64,000 nucleotides of DNA from the human T2T-CHM13v2.0 reference genome, Homo sapiens: NCBI RefSeq assembly GCF_009914755.1, contig NC_060925.1; one strand, 5' to 3'. Both the position numbers and the translations under genes were made by a program. How positions within the stretch are numbered: the stretch's first letter is position 1; every line of letters starts with the position of its first letter. Below the pieces are notes generated by a model that worked only from the letters and a program-made list of their open reading frames with translations, was not told the DNA's origin and searched no databases. This document shows positions 1 to 12,980 of this stretch, piece after piece.

Positions 1-60
1 CCACAATCCAACTGGAATCCTTGGACTAGTAGCAACATTGATGAGGGGCCTCTGGCTTTT
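1..60 (+). CDS. DHX9: DHX9 exon (5'-truncated by window), PQSNWNPWTSSNIDEGPLAF, MTAD region
   Basis: Open frame from base 1; donor GTGAGT at 61. Confidence 0.95.
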
Positions 61-205
61 GTGAGTGCAATATTGTTTTTGAGATCAGAGTCTTGTGTTT
101 TACTCTTGAGACTATATTTGATTAGTATGTCTAGGTAAAAAATGGATTTATTTTGAAGCTGAATTATGTGCTTTTGTTTGACTATGTTGGCTTTTTGTTT
201 TACAG

Positions 206-283
206 GCTACTCCAGAGCAAATAAGCATGGACCTCAAGAATGAATTGATGTACCAGTTGGAACAGGATCATGATTTGCAAGCA
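206..283 (+). CDS. DHX9: DHX9 exon ATPEQISMDLKNELMYQLEQDHDLQA
   Basis: ttttacag acceptor, gtaagt donor at 284, 78 nt, phase 0/0. Confidence 0.96.
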
Positions 284-760
284 GTAAGTCTGAATTATTT
301 AGACAAGTAGTGCTCAGAGCTTCAGAATGTTCTAGGTATGGGTAAAAAGTCAATGAGCAGTACATTTTGCCCTTTTAAGGAGGGCATATCAAAAGATATG
401 TACCAAACTGCTAATCCTAGTTACCCCTGAAGTTAGTTGCTATGAGTTGAGGGCCTGTGAGAGAATTTCACTTCTTAATGTAATTTAATAAAAGTGGAGA
501 GATTTAAGGCAGTGACTCCTTTTGTTGTTGGTTTTTTTGTTTGTTTTAGTGTTTTCCAAATAAAAAATTAAAATGTTAAAAAGAATGCGTGTGCGACTTT
601 CAGGGACAATGAGAATTTAGTTTTTGGACAACATCAAAAGATACATTCTTCAGAAGTGTAGTGAAAAGAAGTAGTTCTATTAGAGATATAAATATACACA
701 TTCTTTTTTGAAAAAAACATTTTCATCACTAAGCCAATGGAAATGAGTAAGTTTTTATAG

Positions 761-1111
<351 letters not shown>

Positions 1112-1158
1112 TAATGTGTTGGTAGACATTTGACTGAAGTGTGACTTTTCTAATGCAG

Positions 1159-1350
1159 ATCTTGCAGGAGAGAGAGTTACTGCCTGTGAAGAAATTTGAA
1201 AGTGAGATTCTGGAAGCAATCAGCCAAAATTCAGTTGTCATTATTAGAGGGGCTACTGGATGTGGGAAAACCACACAGGTTCCCCAGTTCATTCTAGATG
1301 ACTTTATCCAGAATGACCGAGCAGCAGAGTGTAACATCGTAGTAACTCAG
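1159..1350 (+). CDS. DHX9: DHX9 exon with Walker A / motif I (GATGCGKT)
   Basis: tgcag acceptor, gtaagt donor, 192 nt ILQERELL...NIVVTQ. Confidence 0.97.
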
Positions 1351-1689
1351 GTAAGTGGTAAACCAACCATGAAATACCTAGAGAGCAGACTATTTCTGAT
1401 TCTTTCTTTGATTAACTAATTTTTGTAATTATTTAAGATTGAGAGAGCATTGTGCCCTTGAAATTAAATTTAAAAAAAGAAAACATAAAAACAACGTAGT
1501 CTTTTTCTAATCTCTAGTATGCTACACTAATAAGCTAAACTGGACTATGTGAGGGATTCTTTTTATCTGGGCTAAAGAGTCTCTGGGCCTAGAATCAGAC
1601 TGTCGAGATTAAGAATTCTTTGTCCTAAAGTTCATCCAAATCTTGGTCATCTCTATCTAACCACCTTGATATTGAGTAAAAACCAGTCA

Positions 1690-1930
1690 GACAGGTAATG
1701 GTTAACTTTCACTGTATGCCATGTTCTATTCTAAGCAGTAGCTTTTTAGAAAAAACTCAATCGAAGTTCATAATGACCCTAAGATGTAAGTACTATTTCA
1801 CATAGTATTTCTCTTTCAGTAAATTAAGGCATAAAGAAGGTAAAATGCCCAAGGTTAACACAGAAAGTGGTAGAACTAGGATTAAAAAACCAAGCAATCC
1901 GCCTTTTAGGATTCTTCCTTTTAACTAACA
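1690..1930. mobile_element. MIR-like SINE
   Basis: Degenerate MIR core (aaattaaggcataaagaagg...gcccaaggttaacacag...gtggtagaactagg). Confidence 0.6.
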
Positions 1931-4900
1931 CTGTATTACCTTACCAGCAATGAGCAGCGCCTGCATGTTTGTCCCAGTACTTAGGGAAGAACTGATTAGC
2001 TCTTCTAAGTGCTCTCAGGTTAAACAGTTCCGTTGGCTCTACCCTGTACTTCTGGCACTTTGTGGGAGAGCATTGCAAATAGCCAGGTACTACCTCTGAG
2101 GTAGGCTTACATCTTGACTTAGAAATTATTTTTTCCCCGATGGGTTAATGTTGCTTAACCTGGGAAACATAATCAGTTTTCAGAGGAGAGTTACAAACTT
2201 TGAAATGTGTGCATGTTCATTTACATTTGCATGTATAAAGCATATATCTGAAACTTTTTAACATTTCTGAAATTGAGATACATTTTTATAATTAGTATAT
2301 TTGTATAATTGTATAATTAGTATAATTGTATATTTTATGTGAGAATTGGGTTTTCTCCTGAAAAAAAAAATTGCTGTGAAGGAATCATGTTGCATCCTAA
2401 GGCTGATGATACCTTAGGCTTGAAAAAATATGATAAATTGACATTTTTCTGGGAAAGGATTCCTAGCTTGTTCACAAAATTTTCTTTGATTTTCCGACTC
2501 ACCCCTAAAACTGGCTATGGATTTTTTGACTTACAGTGAAGGCTGCAGCCCCAGATGTCATCATACTCCAATAAAATATTCTTACTCTTAATTCTTACCT
2601 CATCTTTCAGGAAGAACATTGTTCAAGAGTGCAATTTTACAGAAGAGAAGCCTTGAGCTCAGCTCTGCTCTGCTCTTCTCTTCCCTTCCTCTCCCTTCTA
2701 CCACTATCCATTTCTAATCTCAAAAGCAGTTGTGGCATATAGCAGAAAGAAGCAGAATTTAACAAGCGAGCTGTGAAGACAGGAGTCTCAAGTTGTCTGC
2801 ATGTCATAAATAGAGTAAAAATTCCTGCCCAAGTGAGAAGTGCTTTGTCTCACTGTCTTTTAAAATGTTCAGTGGCATGGAAATGTATTAGCAAACCTGT
2901 GTCTTCTGATTTGGGGTGAATTACTTATAACTCATATTGCATCTACATTCTGTGGCTTGCATGTTTTTGTCCTAGCGTTTGTCCCAAAATCAGTCTCATA
3001 CCTCTTACCTGTAACAAGTCTTCAAAATTTTAAAAACCTATATTGTGTCCTAGTATGTACTTAGTTTGAAAGTCTCAACTAAACATTTATAGTTCAGCCA
3101 TGAAGGTACAGTAAGTCTAAGATTTAAACACACTCAAATTCATCAGCACCTACCTGTAATATGAAAAGTAGGCCTGAGCATGCTGATTGGTTATTACAGA
3201 ATACAGTTTTTTATTATTTTTGTTTTTAATATACTGTACTTCTTTTGGCACAGTCTGAGATAGCATTAGTTATTTTTGTAGTACTACCACTGTTGAATCA
3301 TTTTTCCATTATCTTGCACTTGTAGCCATCTATAGGAAACCACATGAAGTCATCAGTTAAGTATTAGAAAGTTTTTTTATGTTCCTGATTTTAAGTGTAT
3401 TATCTCAGTTCACAGAGCACAAGTTTAGAGTTATGGACTGGCGTATAACAGAATGAGTAGCTCAAACCATGACATCAGCCTTAGTGTAAATTCTCAACCA
3501 AACTCACTGAATTTTATCCTTCGGTCTATCCATACTCAAGCCACTTAAAACCTGTGGGCTGTATGCAGAAAATTTTAAGTAGGAAATAGTTGTCTTCTAC
3601 CTTTAAAGTTATTTGAAAGAGATGAATTGTAATTGTAGGATGTAAATCAAGCATATTAATGTAATTTTATCAATCCTGTACTTACCCCATAGTACCATCA
3701 TTTCAGGATAAGAACGGTTCTTTGTATAAAATAAATTCAGAACCTTAGAAGATAGAGATAGTGGAGCCTGATACATTTTGTAGTATCTAGTGCATTAGGA
3801 ATCTTGACATTTTGTGGCAGCTTAGTCATGTTACTGTGTATATAACGCTTAGATGTGAAAAAGCAAAGTTGGGACCTTTTAGAACTTCAGTTTTGAAAGA
3901 TGGAAGAAATTGCTGTAGTTCTGAGTAAATGGCAAGAGGTGTACATTAAAGGTATGGATTCTAGAATACTACAAAATAACAGTTTGGGAGAGATCTCCAA
4001 CCTCTTATGGTATAGAAAGTGTTAGTTACCCAGTACCTGGTACATAGTAATTTCAGTGACTGCTTAGTACATATTATTAGAGCTACTTCAGTTAAAGCAG
4101 ACAGAAGTGTGGGGAAGAGGTTAGCACTTGAAATTACCTACTACTATGGCTGGACTCCAGGCAAGAGTAGTAAAATTCTAAAGAGAAAATGAGATAAGCA
4201 GATGTATGCAATGAAAATTAAAAGCACATATCTGGAGGACAGTTGGAACTATTCTTCCAGCTTTCTGTTGGAAAAATATTATCCTTTGCTTTCATCACTG
4301 GTACTTTCTAACTAGTCTCACTTTTGTCGGTTATTGTTTTATTTTTAACATATTTAGTAATCCAAGTGTAACATAGTTAAAATAATAAAAAGTAAAATAA
4401 TTGGAGAAAGGATTATATTGGGAGTAAAGGAAATTTGAAGTCTTAAGTCATTTATGTGTCCTTAGGCAAAATAACCTTTTTGAACTTGTGTTTTTAATCT
4501 ACTAGAATGCAGCAGGAAAAGATTTTACTAGTATTCTGAAGCATAAATAAGGCATATTTGCTGCCATGGTTTTTACTGTTATATTACACAAATACGATTT
4601 CTAGATGTCTCTGTGTTCTTGGTTCTTATTTATATTTGAGTAATATAGAATATGTATATATTCCTTATAATAGAAGTGGCCGTGCAGGTATAGATAGAAC
4701 TTGTTTTACCTATGAGCCTTGCCTTGTATTTATTCACTGTGGCAGAATATATAAAATAATTATTGAAGCACAGAAGATCAAGGGAAAAGTGATAGATTAT
4801 TTAAGGGATAAGTAGAGCATCTTCATACGCTGTACAGTGGCATGCAGTCTGAGAAAGGTTTAAATAGTCATTGATACGCTCACGTTAGGCATTGTTTTCC

Positions 4901-5056
4901 CACACAAAATGCCTGTCCTGTGAATATTTCTAGTGAGCTAAGAATTAAGAATTAGAAGATTTTTTTTTTTTACTGCTTTTGGTGTACTACAAGAGTAATA
5001 CATACACCTTGGGGAAATTTTAAGAATAGAATAATTTTTTAAAAATCCAAAACCCA

Positions 5057-5547
5057 GGCCAGGCTTGGTGGCTCACGCCTGTAATTACAGCACTTTGAGA
5101 GTTCAAGACAGGTGGATTATTTGAGTGCAGGAGTTAAAGACCAGCCTGGGCAACATGGCGAAACTCCATCTCTACAAAAATTAATTAGGCGTGATGGCAC
5201 CCCAGGGTAGTCCCAGGTACTTTGGAGGCTGAGGTGGGAGGATCGCTTGAACCTGAGAGGAATTTCTTGTTTCTTGAGAGACAGGGTCTTACTCTGTTGG
5301 GATTACAGGGACACACCATCATTGCTCACTGCAACCTCAAACTCCTGGGCTGAGCAACCCGCCAGCCTCAGACTCCTGAGTAGCTGGGACTAGAGGCCTC
5401 TATCACCTGACCTAACTGATGTTTATTTTTGTAGAGATGGTGTCTCACTGTGTTGCCCAGGCTGGTCTTGAACTCGTTGCCTCCAGCATTCCTCCTGCCT
5501 TGGCCTCCCAAAATGTTGGAATTCACTGGCTAGCTACCATACCGGGC
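5057..5547. mobile_element. Sense Alu (truncated in right arm) fused to antisense AluJ
   Basis: ggccaggc start at 5057, sense to ~5260, then T-tail and reverse Alu to 5547. Confidence 0.85.
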
Positions 5548-7609
5548 TTAAAGATTTTTTCTGATATTTTGATATGTGTGCTGGGATGAACATACTTGTA
5601 TACGCCTTTGATCAATTGGATTAAATTCCTAGACATAGAATTGTTGGGTCAGAGGGTATGCATATTTTAACTTTCGTGCATTTTGCCACACTCCCCTGAA
5701 GAAAAATGACAGATTTCTAGTCAAATCAACTAGGGATGAAAAACACTTGTATTTTAAATGTTTTTTGTTTAAGTCAAGGGCTATTGAGGAAACTGGAAGT
5801 TGGTAAATCAGAGAAGCATATAAAATATGGGAAAGAGATTGCGGGGTCATTTATTTCTTTGCTGTTGAAATAGTTGTCATGATATTAATGTTCTAGTCGT
5901 ACTTAGAGAAATTCAGCAAAAAAGTGCTTCTGATCATGGTTTCTTAGCACCTCCTGTATTAGTATTTAAAACCTCTATCATGTCTTCCTTGGGATTTAAG
6001 ACGTTTGTGTTTTATGGGTAGTTAAGAACTAAAATAGATAACTGCTTGAGAAACTGACCATCTCCTGCGCATATTCAGTTTAGGAGTGATCTGGAAACCA
6101 CAAGGATCGTAGACTTGAAAATAACCCCAAGGTGACAAAGCAATCTCTGAGTACCAGTAGCATGTGAACACACCTCAGAAGAGTCAAATATCCTAATATT
6201 TTAAGTCTTTCTAGAAGCCAGCTGTTAGTAGAAGTGTTAGAAAAGAAAAAAAGAAAAACTATAGGGAAGACAGTAGTAGAAAAGGGGGACGATAGGTTGT
6301 AGAATACAAGCAACTTTTGGAAAGGACGCAGAAAACTTGGTGGTTACATTTTGTACCTTTAGTGAAATAACATTTTCACATTCCTTAACTCAAGTATGTA
6401 GAATTCTCTTGATGGACAGATACAGAGCTCATACTTTCATGTAACGCTATTTTTCAGGGTAACTGAGGTGCAGAGCACTGTGTCTGTATCTCATTTTATT
6501 CTCACTAATTAAATCTCTGGATGAAAGTGCGTGTATATATAATGTGTTGATATTTAAACAGCTGATCTGACTTACAGGAGTTGAACCTTCAGAACTTTGG
6601 TAATTTCTATGAAATACAGAGAAATTCAAGAAAATGGTGACATAGGTGGAAAAATCCTTATCCATTGCTAAATAAGATTATTAAAAGGATTGTTTAGTAA
6701 AAAGAAGATAGTGATCAGTAAGAGCTACCAAAATTCTACACAGTATGTTTAACAAAGTAGCTTTCAATCTTTTATCTTTATGGGCAGGATAAATATGAGC
6801 CAGGTGATAGTATACACAAGCAAGGAACTGAAATCTAGCCTGTCATCAGGAACTTATAGACAGAATCAAATCCAAGGCACCTTAAAAGCATGCAGTATAT
6901 AAATCTTCGTGTACCTCTGTAGCTATACATTAGGCATGTCCTCATAGTATCCACCAAGTAAAGATCGTTTTTGTACTTAGAAGACATGGAACACTTCAGA
7001 AGAGTTTTCATAAAAAGATCCAACACTTAAACATTAATCTATAGCATTCCCCTTAGAGTTTTGCAGATTGATTGTTGGAAATAGCAATACACACAGTTTT
7101 TCCTGCTATGTGAGCTCATCAAAAACAGTGATTTCAGTTTCCTTTCTCTGGCACCTGATGCAAAAGTGCATTGAATGTTTGATTACTGAATTAATAAGTG
7201 AGCAGAAAGGTGGTCACAGTACATATGGCAAAGAAGGCAGTTGTTCACCTTCCTGATTCCCATAGGTCTCAGTTAAATAATTTTCTAAAACTGTTTTTAG
7301 TGTGGCGATCGGTTACAAAAACAAACCCCCCTACGTATGCTGTGCCCTGTTTCCTACTGGAAAATCACTTTGCATACTATTTTAAGAGTTGGCGGCAATG
7401 ACAAATTATAGAATCATTTTATATGCAAAATGAAAAACATTTTTTAAGTGTCTGCCGTAGAACCAAATAGTATTTTTTGTACATTTATTGTTTCTGTTAA
7501 TTATTCAACTAGCAGTAGGACAGATTTACTACAATAATCCAAAAATGCTAATAAACAAGTATATCTAACTTTGTAGTTGTTAAGTCACTTTTCTTTTTTT
7601 CTGTCTCAG

Positions 7610-7751
7610 CCCAGAAGAATCAGTGCGGTTTCTGTGGCAGAGCGAGTTGCATTTGAAAGAGGAGAAGAGCCTGGAAAAAGCTGTGGCTACAGCGTTCGAT
7701 TTGAGTCTATACTTCCTCGTCCTCATGCCAGTATAATGTTTTGTACTGTAG
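7610..7751 (+). CDS. DHX9: DHX9 exon, motif Ia (PRRISA) and Ib
   Basis: Polypyrimidine ctcag acceptor, gtcagt donor, 142 nt. Confidence 0.97.
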
Positions 7752-8126
7752 GTCAGTAATGTATTTTGATTTTTCATTTGGGGTTTATATTGTGGTTGTG
7801 AAGAAAACTTGATAGCAGAACAGAATGACTGGAAAGAAATAATGAGCCAGTCTCAGATTTCTTGTTTAAATAAAACTTTTGGCAGTTTTTTCCTTCATGG
7901 AAAGTATGATATACCCATTAGATCTTGTAGCTTAGAGAAAATGAAATCATAAAATCAGTGAAAAAAACTATATTTCATAGTACACTATCACTTTTTAATA
8001 GTTTAAATGTACATGTGATTATTTTCTAAAATGATGCTGGGGTCTCTTAGTTGAAATATAGATAATTGTCCATAGATTTACTACTTTGAACTTTTCTATA
8101 GTTTATTGATTGTTTTTCTTTTCAAG

Positions 8127-8209
8127 GTGTGCTCCTGAGAAAATTAGAAGCAGGCATTCGAGGAATCAGTCATGTAATTGTAGATGAAATACATGAAAGA
8201 GATATTAAT
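8127..8209 (+). CDS. DHX9: DHX9 exon, motif II (DEIH)
   Basis: ttcaag acceptor, gtaagt donor, 83 nt VLLRKLEAG...DEIHERDIN. Confidence 0.97.
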
Positions 8210-8508
8210 GTAAGTAACTTGAGAGGTACAGTAAGGTACTTAATTCTGCTATTTCTAAGAGAAATCAGTAGAATGTCTTTGTTTTCCCTTTCCCCCGTTT
8301 TTATCATTATCAAAACCATGAACTTCAGTCACTAAGATGTTGAAAATCTTTTTTTAGTGAGATTATTCAATCTTTTTTTTCTTTATTGTTAAACTTTACA
8401 GAAAGCCTTTTGGAGGTGAAGACCTATGTTGTAAAGTATAACTGCAGTAATCAGTATTAGCTGGCATAATTCAGCAATTGAACTAATGGTTTATGACTAA
8501 ATAGCTGA

Positions 8509-8868
<360 letters not shown>

Positions 8869-9179
8869 TATAATGTTTATAATTAAGAGTCCTTTTAGAT
8901 GTTTTCAGCTCTGATCTTTTCAGATGTTAATGAGAATCATGCCAAAAATTAGGAAGAAACTAGAATTTATTTCCAACCCCTCCCTCTTTTGGTCCTTGAC
9001 AAAAAAACTGTGTAAAATCAACTTGCTATGCAATTAAATGATATGAAATGATATCCAAGCTAAGTAGTATAGTGACTTTCAAAGGTTTCAGTGCATGGGC
9101 AGCATGCTTATTTAAACTGTCAACCATAACTCAAAGCATTTCTAGTTTTTATTTTTTTCTTTTTTCTTCTCCCATCCCC

Positions 9180-9325
9180 CATCCTGAAGTTACCCAGGGG
9201 TTACCAGCCATAAGTTCAGTCAATCATTAGCAAACACAAGACATCACTTCAGAGTTTCTAAGTGTTTTAGGAGTTGTATGCCAGGAAAGGGGGTCAAAGA
9301 CCAAAATATATATTTCATAATATCA
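9180..9325. mobile_element. MER21-like LTR fragment
   Basis: ttttaggagttgtatgccaggaaa...caaagaccaaaatatatatttc resembles a MER21 end. Confidence 0.55.
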
Positions 9326-9329
9326 TAAG

Positions 9330-9625
9330 TCATAAAATTGAATAGTACTCAGCAACAAAAAGAAAGTACTGATTCATCCATCAGTATGGATAAACTTTAA
9401 AACATTATTCTAAAAGAAAGAAGCTAGAGGAGACATACCTACCATATAATTTTATGCATATGAAATTTTAGAAAAAAGCAAATCTGATCTGTGGTGACAA
9501 AAATCAGTAGTGTCCAGGGATTGGGAATTTCCAAATTTCAAGCATAACAGTCAAAAAAAAATTTAACTGTTATGCTTGAAATGTGACATTATTTGATGTA
9601 CTTGCTATTTAATAAAATTTAAAAT
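9330..9625 (+). mobile_element. Old L1M 3' end fragment
   Basis: gaatagtactcagcaacaaaaag...aaaacattattct...aagctag pattern typical of the L1M 3'UTR. Confidence 0.6.
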
Positions 9626-9685
9626 AAGGTTAATAAAAGAATTTGGATTTTAGATCTCATGATAATCTAACACTTATTTTAATTC

Positions 9686-9940
<255 letters not shown>

Positions 9941-10307
9941 AAGCATTTCTTAAAGATTTTCTCCTCTTACTTTTATATCTGTTTTTGTTAAACATCTTCA
10001 GTTTTGTCAAAACTAAGCTAAAGCAAATAAGACTGGTTTGGATGGCTTATGATGACTATAAATCATGTAACTTTTCAGTAGGGCAAAATTTTTGCTCTTT
10101 TGTCCTTTATAATCTCTTGGAAACTTTATAGGTTTTTCCTAATTAACTTAATTGACAAATGTTTTGATATTATCTTTGCTTGTTAATGTAGCAATGTTCT
10201 TAGGGTTTAAATTATTCCAAACACTGGAATAATGTCATGGATTATCGCTGGTATTTTTCTAAAACAGTAAGTTTTGGTCAGCTTAAGCAACTTAAGATGT
10301 AAGTCTG

Positions 10308-10400
10308 GGCCAGGCACAGTGGCTCACGCCTGTAATCCTAGCACTTTGGGAGGCTGAGGTGGATGGGTCTCTTGAGGTCTGTGTACTATTCACAGTGAAA
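10308..10400 (+). mobile_element. Alu left-arm fragment, sense
   Basis: ggccaggcacagtggctcacgcctgtaatcc...gaggtc. Confidence 0.85.
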
Positions 10401-10401
10401 C

Positions 10402-10796
10402 CTTGTCCGGTATTGTTTGGTCCAGTCTTCTCCAGTCCTGACCGGTCTTATCCGGTTCGGCCCAGTCTGGTCCGGTCCTGACCAGTCTTATCTGGTTCAG
10501 CCCGGTCTTGTCCAGTCCTGTCTGGTCTAATCTAGTCCGGATAGGTCTTGTCCTATCTGGTTTGGGCCAGTCCTGACCAGTCTTATCCGGTTTGGCCTGG
10601 TCTGGTCCTGTCTTATCTGATGCTGACCAGTCTTACCCGGTTTGCTGCGGTTTGGTCTGGTCTTGTCTGGTCCTGACAGGTCTTGTCTGGTTTGGTCCAG
10701 TCTTGCCCAGTCCTGACCGGTCTTATCTGGTCCTGACCAGTGTTGTCTAGTTTGGTCTGGTCCAGTTTGGTTTGGTCTTGTCCAGTCCAGTCTTGT
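10402..10796. repeat. Degenerate pentamer array (CYDGT)n, 79 units, with higher-order structure
   Basis: Units ccagt/ctggt/cttgt/ccggt/cctga in exact 5-bp register over 395 bp. Confidence 0.95.
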
Positions 10797-11066
10797 CTTG
10801 GAGTTTCACTCTTCCGCCCAGGCTAGAGTGAAGTTTCGGCATCTCAGCTCACTGCAACCTCCGCCCCTGAGTTCAGGCGATTCTCCTACGAGTAGCTGGG
10901 ATTGTAGGCGCCTGCCACCACACCTGGGTAATTTTTGTATTTTTAGTAGAGACAGGGTTTCACCATGTTGGCCGAACTGGTCTCAAACTCCTGACCTCAG
11001 GTGATCTGCCTGCCTCAGCCTGCCAAAGTGCTGGGATTTACAGGCATGAGCCACTGTGCCCAGCCT
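10797..11066 (-). mobile_element. AluS, antisense, tail replaced by pentamer array
   Basis: ggagtttcactc...gagccactgtgcccagcc. Confidence 0.9.
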
Positions 11067-11199
11067 GCAGAAACTTTTCTTGTTCTCTTTCAAGATAAAT
11101 CTTACCTAGTTCTGTCACCTTACATAGAAAACCCAAGTGCACTTACAGACCAATTACTACAAATAATAGAATTTAACAGTCTGGCTGGATAAAAGGTAA

Positions 11200-12980
11200 T
11201 ATACCGAAGGCAGTTGCATTTTTTATACTTACACAAATAACTAGAAAAACAAAAAAAGATACCATTGCAGTAGTCAAAGTATTTAGTACCTAAGAATAAA
11301 CAAAAACATGCAAGATCTCTCCAAGAAAAATAAGTTTTATCACAAAACACTGAAAAAAGACCATGTTTATATGTAGAAGGATTTAATAGCATATCAATTA
11401 TTTTCAAGTTGGTCCACATTTTGAATGCAATTCTAATTAAAATCCCAGTAAGGTTTTCCATATAACTTGATGAGGTGATTATAAATACTTAAAAAGATAG
11501 ATTTATGGCCCCAAATAGCCAGTATTTCTAAAGAAGAGCAGAATAGAGAATCTTGGTTTACAGATAACAAGACTTGCTTTGAAGCTAAAATAATCGAGAC
11601 AGTGAGGTACATGAGTTGACAGATGGGATAAGACAGGGCACAAAAGCACATTGTATGTTATATGTTACATGCAACATTGTTAGGAGACGGTGGCATGTCA
11701 GATTAGTGAGAAAGGGAATGAGCAATTAAGTAAATGGAACTGGAAACTAATGGTTATTTCAAAGTAGTTGAAATCGGTTCCCTACCTCATAACTAAGTAC
11801 AAAAATCAATTCCATATAGATTGAGAACTTTAAACGTGTTGACACATGAAAGAGTTTTTCATACACTGAAGTAGAAAATATAAAAATATAAATAAGCATC
11901 GTCTAGACAGTGCTGTCCAAAAGAAATATGTAAGCCACATAGATAATTTAAATTTTTCTAGTAACACATTTAAAAAGGTGAAAAGGTGAAATTAAACATA
12001 TTTAACCCAGAATATCTAAAATATTTACAACACGCAGTTAATTTTAAGTTACATTTGAGATATTTTGCATTATTTTTCTTATGGTGTGTTCAAAATTTGG
12101 TGTGTGTTTTACATACAGAGTACATCTCAATTCAGATTAATGCTACTGTATTGGGCAGCATAGTCTTAGACCTTCTGAAAGGATTGCTGAAAACATGAAA
12201 TGCACTAACCTTGAAATAAAAGATCAATATATTATTCTATATTAAAATTAAGGTTATTTGTTTAATCAAAAGGTTATTTCCTTACTTTAAGGAAAACCAC
12301 AAGCTCAAAGATTCCAATATGTTAGTATAGGAATATATAAGCAACTTCTACAAATCAGTAAGATAAGTAAACAACTTAGTAGAAAAATGATCAAAAATAC
12401 AGGCATTTTATAGAAGAGGAAACATTTGGCTAATAAACATGGAGATACTCAATCTCATTGGGACTAATAGGAAAGTATAGATCTAGATCACAACAAGACA
12501 CTGCTTTATATCTGTTTATTTAATAAAAAGTGACACTAAAAATGTTGGAGAGTATGTGGATCAGCAGGATCCCTTATCCACTGCTTATGGGGATATATAA
12601 ATAATGGTACCACTTAGAAAAATAGTTAAGCATTACCTTCCGAAGTTCAGCAGTTACATACCCTATAGCTTGGCAATTCCATACCCATGTTTAACCTACA
12701 GAAACTTGGATATGTTTAGCACTCCTGTTTAGACTTGAACAAGAATGCTCATAGTAGCAAATGTTCACATTAGTAAATCTTGAAAAGAAGCCAGATATGT
12801 GTAAGAGTAAGTGAATTAACTGATATATTCATACACTGGGACAGTAAACTGTCATCAGAAAGGATGAGTATAGTAATGTGTGGATGAATCTTAGCAATGC
12901 TGTTGTATATAAAAAAGGAAATCCCAAGACAACATAAAATATGCATTCCCATAAAGTAAGTAAAATTTAAAAATATAGTC
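11200..12980 (+). mobile_element. Old L1M (ME-like) ORF2/3' remnants with an inserted MER33 (~11908-12165)
   Basis: Degenerate L1 ORF2 motifs; cagtgctgtcca...gtattgggcagcatag MER33-like termini. Confidence 0.6.

Noticed and set aside
2090-2104. ctacctc-t-gaggtag: let-7 seed match next to a let-7-like 5' end
   Set aside because: Only a 7-bp odd palindrome, no pre-miRNA hairpin or full let-7 sequence, intronic; plausible by chance
10402-10796. CRISPR-like array
   Set aside because: No unique spacers, continuous 5-bp periodicity, eukaryotic intron, no cas genes
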